64,000 nucleotides of DNA from the human T2T-CHM13v2.0 reference genome, Homo sapiens. The notes beneath the pieces are model-generated. The model was not told the DNA's origin, did no database searches, and saw only the letters and a list, made by a program, of their open reading frames with translations. This document shows positions 58,998 through 64,000 of this stretch, one piece after another. Each line of letters opens with the position of its first letter. The stretch's first letter is position 1. The DNA lies in the NCBI RefSeq assembly GCF_009914755.1, contig NC_060947.1; one strand, 5' to 3'. Both the position numbers and the translations under genes were made by a program.

Positions 58998-60935
58998 ACT
59001 TTTTATTGTGGTAAAATGTACATAACTTAAAACTTACTATTTTAACTATTTTTAAGGGTATAGTTCAGTGGCATTGAGTGTATTCATCTTGTTGTTCATC
59101 CATCGCTACATCCATCTCCAGAAATTTTTCTTCCTCTCAGGTTAAAACCCAATGTCCCTTAAACAGTAACTCACCATTTTCCCCTACTAACAACTGCTGG
59201 GAAGCATTGTTCTATTTTTCTTCTTTATAGATTTGACTACTCTAGTTACCTCTGAGGACTAAGCTCTGATTTTTTATCTTGCCCAAATTCCTTTCTAAGG
59301 GGTCTGGGGAGTCATGCCCTACAAACCATAAATTTTCATTAGATGGGTTTTATTTAACCCTGTATATTGTGACTTACTTTCCAAACTGACTCTGGCATAA
59401 CAAGGGAACAATCTAAGCATTTTACCCCAAAATATATTTCCTTATACCTAGAAATTGCCCTTCAAAGTATCTTGTGGGAAAAATTCATGTTCTATAGAGA
59501 ATATCTTTTCCCCTTTGTTTTCTCTCCTTTCTTTCCGATACAGGTGATAATCAACTAAAAGCCAGGAACCCTTTTAGGTTCAATAAGAAACATTTTACAA
59601 CCTGCTCTCTCTCTCTCCGAAGTCTGCTATCTGAGAGATTCCTCTGCACAATAAAACTTGGTCTCCACAATCCTTTATCTTAACCTGAACATTCCTTTCC
59701 ATTAATCCCAGGTCTTCAGATAAACTCAACCAATTGTCAGCCAGAAAATGTTTAAATTTACCAATAGCCTGGAAGCCCCTGCTTTGAGTTGTCCCACTTT
59801 TCTGAACCAAACCAATGTATTTCTTAGGTGTATTTGATGTCTCATGCCTTCTTAAAATATATAAAACCAAGCTGTACCCCGACCACCTTGGGCACATGTT
59901 TTCAGGACCTCCTGAGGGCTGTGTCTTGGGCCATGGTCACTTATATTTGGCTCAGAATGAATCTCTTAATATATTTTACTGAGTTAGACTCTTTTCATCG
60001 ACACCTCATATAACTCTATTCTGTTGTTACTGGCTTATTTTACTAAGTCTTACACACTGTATTTAAGGTTCATCTATGTTGTGGTATGTGTCAGAATTTC
60101 CTGTCTTTTTAGGATTAACAAGTATTCTCTTTTATGTTTATACCACATTTTGTGTATTCATTCATCTATGAATAAACACTTGCCTTGCTTCCATTTTTTG
60201 GCTAATGTAAATAATGCTGTCCTAAACATAAATGTGCAAATATTTATTTGAACATTGCTTTAAATCCTTTTGGATATATACTGAGGAATAAAATTGCTTT
60301 AATATATAGTAATTCTATGTTACATTATTTGAGGATCGGCCATACGGTTTTCATAGGGTCTTCACTGTTTTACATTCTTTTCAGCAGTCCAAAAGGGTTT
60401 CACCACATTATTACCAATATTTGTTATTTTCTGTTGTGTGTATGCCTGTGTGTGCGTTTCATAATAGTCATTAAAATGAGTGTTAGTTGGTTTATCATTA
60501 AGGTTTACATTTGCATATCTCTAAAGATTCGTTACCATATTGTTTATCCTTACTATTGTACTGGCTATTTTGGATATTCTGCCTTTTCATATAAACTTTA
60601 GGATCAAGTTGCTGATAACCACCAAATAACTTGCAGAGATTATTGGGAAGAACTCACATCTTTAAAATATTTGTCTCCTATCTATGAACAGCAAATATTT
60701 CCAAATATACTAAGTTCTTCACTGATTTTGTTCAACAGAGTTTGTAAATTTCCTGTAAAAATCTTGTACACATTTTGTTAGAATTATACCTAAACATTTC
60801 ATTTTGGAGCATGCTAACGTAATTGGTATTGTATTTTAAAATTCAGGTTGTTCTTGTTTGTTGCTGGTATATAGGAAAGTAATTGTTTTTTATATTAATC
60901 TTGCATTATATCCTGCAACCTTGCTATAATCACTA
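58998..60935 (-). mobile_element. L1MB-type 3' region split by a MER4 LTR
   Basis: tttttattgtggtaaaatgtacataac start; ttgactactctagttacctc|atataa is continuous across the insertion. Confidence 0.82.
59253..60003 (+). mobile_element. MER4E/D-like solo LTR
   Basis: tgaggactaagctctgattttttatcttgcccaaattcc...gactcttttcatcgaca; 4-bp TSD cctc at 59249-59252 and 60004-60007. Confidence 0.92.
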
Positions 60936-60939
60936 ATCA

Positions 60940-61011
60940 GGCCAGGCATGGTGACTCTTGCCTGTAATTCCAGCTGCTAAGTATGCTGAAGTGGGAATAT
61001 AGATTGAGCCT
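60940..61011 (+). mobile_element. Old Alu/FLAM 5' fragment
   Basis: ggccaggcatggtgactcttgcctgtaattccagc. Confidence 0.7.
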
Positions 61012-61020
61012 GATAATTCT

Positions 61021-61024
<4 letters not shown>

Positions 61025-61062
<38 letters not shown>
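61025..61062. repeat. (CA)n microsatellite
   Basis: Seen directly. Confidence 0.97.
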
Positions 61063-61065
<3 letters not shown>

Positions 61066-63118
61066 TCCAAGGATGAAACCCACTTGATCATAATAAATTA
61101 TTTATTTGACATGCTGTTGGATTGAATTTGCTAGTATTTTGTTGAGGATTTTGCATCTATGTTCATCAAGGGTATTGGTCTGTGCTATCCTTTTTGCTGT
61201 TGTTGTTGTATCACTGCCTGGTTTTGGTACAAAGGTGATACTGGATTTGTAGAATAAGTTATAGAGGGATCCCTCCTCTTCAATTTTGTTGAAATTATTT
61301 TGGTATCAGCTTTTCTATATACATTTGGTTAAAAACTGGCTGTGAATCTGTCTGGTCCTGGCCTTTTATTTGCTGGAAGATTTTTTATTACTAATTTGAT
61401 TTCATTGCTCAATATGGATCTGTTCAGAGTTTCTATTTCTTCCTGGTTCAGTCTTGGAGGTTGTATGTTTCCAGCAAAATATCCATTTCTTCTAGGTTTT
61501 CCAGTTTGTGCATGTAGAGATGTTCACAGGATTCTCTGATGATCTATTGTATTTTTGTGATATCAATTGTAATGTCACCTTTATCATTTCTTTTCTCTTT
61601 TTTTCCTAGTTTAGTCTAGCTCGCAGTCAGTCAATATTGTTTTTTCTTTCAAAGAACCAGATATACTGTTTCAAAGAAACAGATTATTTGGATAGTTTTT
61701 TTAAATTTAATTCTGCTGCATTCTCTGTTAATTCTTTTTTTCCCCTAGCTTTTGGTTTTGTTTGTTCTTCCTTTTCTATTTTCTTATGATGCAACCCTAC
61801 ATTGTTAATTTAAAATATTTTTAGCTTTTTGATGTAGGTGTTTAATGCTATAAACTTGTTCTGAGCGCTGGTTTTGCTGTATCCCAGCTGTTTTGGTGTG
61901 TTTTGTCTCTATTTTCATTCTTGTTAAAAAAAATTGTTGATTTCTGTCTTAATTTCATTGTTTAACCAGGAGCCATTCAGGAGCAAGTTGTTTAGTTTCC
62001 ATGTAGTTGTTTAGTTTTTAAGAGTTCTTCTTGGAATTGATTTCTAATTTTTTCCACTGTGGTCAAAGTGGATGCTTGACATGATTTTGATGTTTTTGAA
62101 TTTATTGAGATTTGGTTTTTTACCACGCATGTGGTAAATTTCAGGGGATATTCTGTGCACAGGTGAAAAGAATATGTATTGTGTGGTTTGGGAGTAAAAT
62201 GTTCTGTAAATGTCTATTAGGTGTATTTGGTCAGTAGTCCAGTTTATATCCAGAGTTGCTTTGTTGATTTTCTGCATCATTAATCTGGCTAGTGATGTCA
62301 GTTTGGTGTTGATATCCGCTATTATTATTGTACTGTTGTTAATCTGTCTTCTTAGGTTGGGTCGTACTAGTTTTAATCTGGGTGCTCTGGTGTTGGGTGC
62401 ATATATATTTAGAATAGTTAAATCTTCCTCTTGCGTAGAAACCTTTATGTTATAATGGCCTTCTTTGTCTTGTTTTCTGCTGTTGGCCTAAAATCTGTTT
62501 TATCCAATATGATAAAGATTACTCCTGATCACATTTATTTTGCATTTGTGTGATTTTTTTTCCCACCCTTTTACTTTGAGTCCTAATGTACCTTGAAACA
62601 GTACATGGATCTCTTGTAGACAGTAGATGGTTGGGTCTTATTATCATTTTTTTAAGTCCAATTTGCCAGTCTCTATCTTTTAAGTAAGCCATTAAGGCCA
62701 TTTTCATTCAAGGTCAATATTGATGTGTGAAGTTTTGTTCCTAAAGTAGTGAGATGTTTGCAAGTGAGATGTTTTAATTCTGTTTCAATTCTGCAGGTTT
62801 TTTTTTATAAGATCTATGAGTTTTATAGCTGTGTGTGCTTTTCTGATGGTGATTGTTATCCTTATGTTCCCATGTTTAAAACTCCTTTAAGCATTTCTTG
62901 TAGGAATGGTCTTGTGGTGACATATTTCCTTAGAGTTTACTTGTCTGAGAATGACTACATTTCTCCTTCATTTATGAAGCTTAGTTTGACAGCACAGAAA
63001 ATTATTAGCTGACGTTCTTTTCGTCTTCTCTAAGGAGGCTAAAAATAGGCCCCCAATCTCTCCTGGCTATTAGGGTTTCTGGTGACAATTCTGCTGTTAA
63101 TCAGATAAGTTTTACTTT
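61063..63118 (-). mobile_element. Old LINE-1 (L1M/L1PB) covering the ORF1 end and ORF2 5' region
   Basis: ORF 62044-62280 (DQIHLIDIYRTFY) is EN-like; atttctccttcatttatgaagcttagttt marks the ORF1 end. Confidence 0.85.
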
Positions 63119-63530
63119 TGGATTAGTGCATTCTAACATGGCTGTAAAAAATACCAGAGACTGGATAGGTTATAAAAAAAAAAAAAGGTTTAATTGCCTC
63201 ATGGTTGCATGGTTACATGATACTGGTATCTTATCACTCCTGGAAAGGCCTCAGGAAACCTCCAATCATGGTGAAAGGCAAAGGGGAAGCAGGCTTGGCT
63301 TATATGTCCAGAGTGGGAGTAATAGAGAGAGGAGGAAGGTGCCAAAATCTTTTAAACAACCAGATCTTAGGAGAACTCACTATCACAAGAAAAGCACCAA
63401 AAGGATGGTGCTCTCATTCATGAGAAACCACTGCCATGATCCAGTTACCTCCCACCAGGCCCTTCCTCAAACATTGGTGGCTACAATTCTACATGAGATT
63501 TAGGTGAGGAAACAGATCCAAACAATATCA
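63119..63530 (-). mobile_element. MSTA-like LTR
   Basis: aaataccagagactgg...ggcctcaggaaacc...aatcatggtgaaaggcaaaggggaagcagg...cagatccaaacaatatca. Confidence 0.88.
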
Positions 63531-64000
63531 TCCTGCCAATGGCCCCTCCAAATCTCATGTTTTTCTCACATGTCAAAATACAGTCATGCCTTTCCAACAG
63601 TCCCCCAAAGACTTAACTTATTCCAGCATTAATGCAAAAGTTCACAGTCCCAAGTCTCATATGAGACAAGGCTAGTCCCTTCCACCTATGTGCTTGCAAA
63701 ATAAAAGAAAAAAAAGTCAGTTACTTGCAAGATACAATGGAGGGATAGGCATTGGCTAAATAGTCCTGTTCCAAAAGGGAGAAATCAACCAAAAGAAAGA
63801 GGATATAGGCTCCATGCAAGTCTGAAACCCAGAAGAGCAGTCATTAAATTTTAAAGCTCCAAAATAACCTCCTTTGACTCCATGCTCCACATCCAGGACA
63901 TACTGATGCTAGGGGTGGGCTCCCACGTCCTTGGGCAGCTCTACCCCTGTGGCTTTGCAGGGATCAGCCTGTGCAGCTGCTCTCATGGGCTGGTGCTGAG
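63531..64000 (-). mobile_element. MST-int (runs off window end)
   Basis: ggcccctccaaatctcatgt...caacagtcccccaaag...caagtctcatatgagacaaggc. Confidence 0.88.

Overview
This is primate, almost certainly human, non-coding genomic DNA. An AluYb8 with the diagnostic 7-bp insertion and an LTR5_Hs-type HERV-K LTR support the human assignment. The window is AT-rich and made mostly of interspersed repeats: many LINE-1s of different ages, about 11 Alus, and LTR/ERV elements (LTR5_Hs, LTR17/HERV-W, LTR7/HERV-H, LTR12/ERV9, MER4 group, MER52, MER21, MST/THE1/MLT1 MaLRs), plus one Tigger3/MER7 MITE. I find no supportable host protein-coding gene, RNA gene or CRISPR array. Every ORF with recognisable homology is a decayed L1 ORF1/ORF2 fragment or an Alu/LTR artefact, and I do not see a novel biological system. 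The most unusual structures are: (1) one L1PA8-like element with matching TSDs that is split by about 4.9 kb of foreign, older DNA flanked by a 44-bp duplication; (2) an inverted head-to-head pair of L1PA7/8 elements that share non-consensus variants; (3) a probable L1 insertion-mediated deletion that truncates a nested ERV stack; (4) an LTR5_Hs/LTR17/LTR7 cluster within 1.6 kb. Subfamily names come from recalled consensus motifs and need RepeatMasker/Dfam confirmation.
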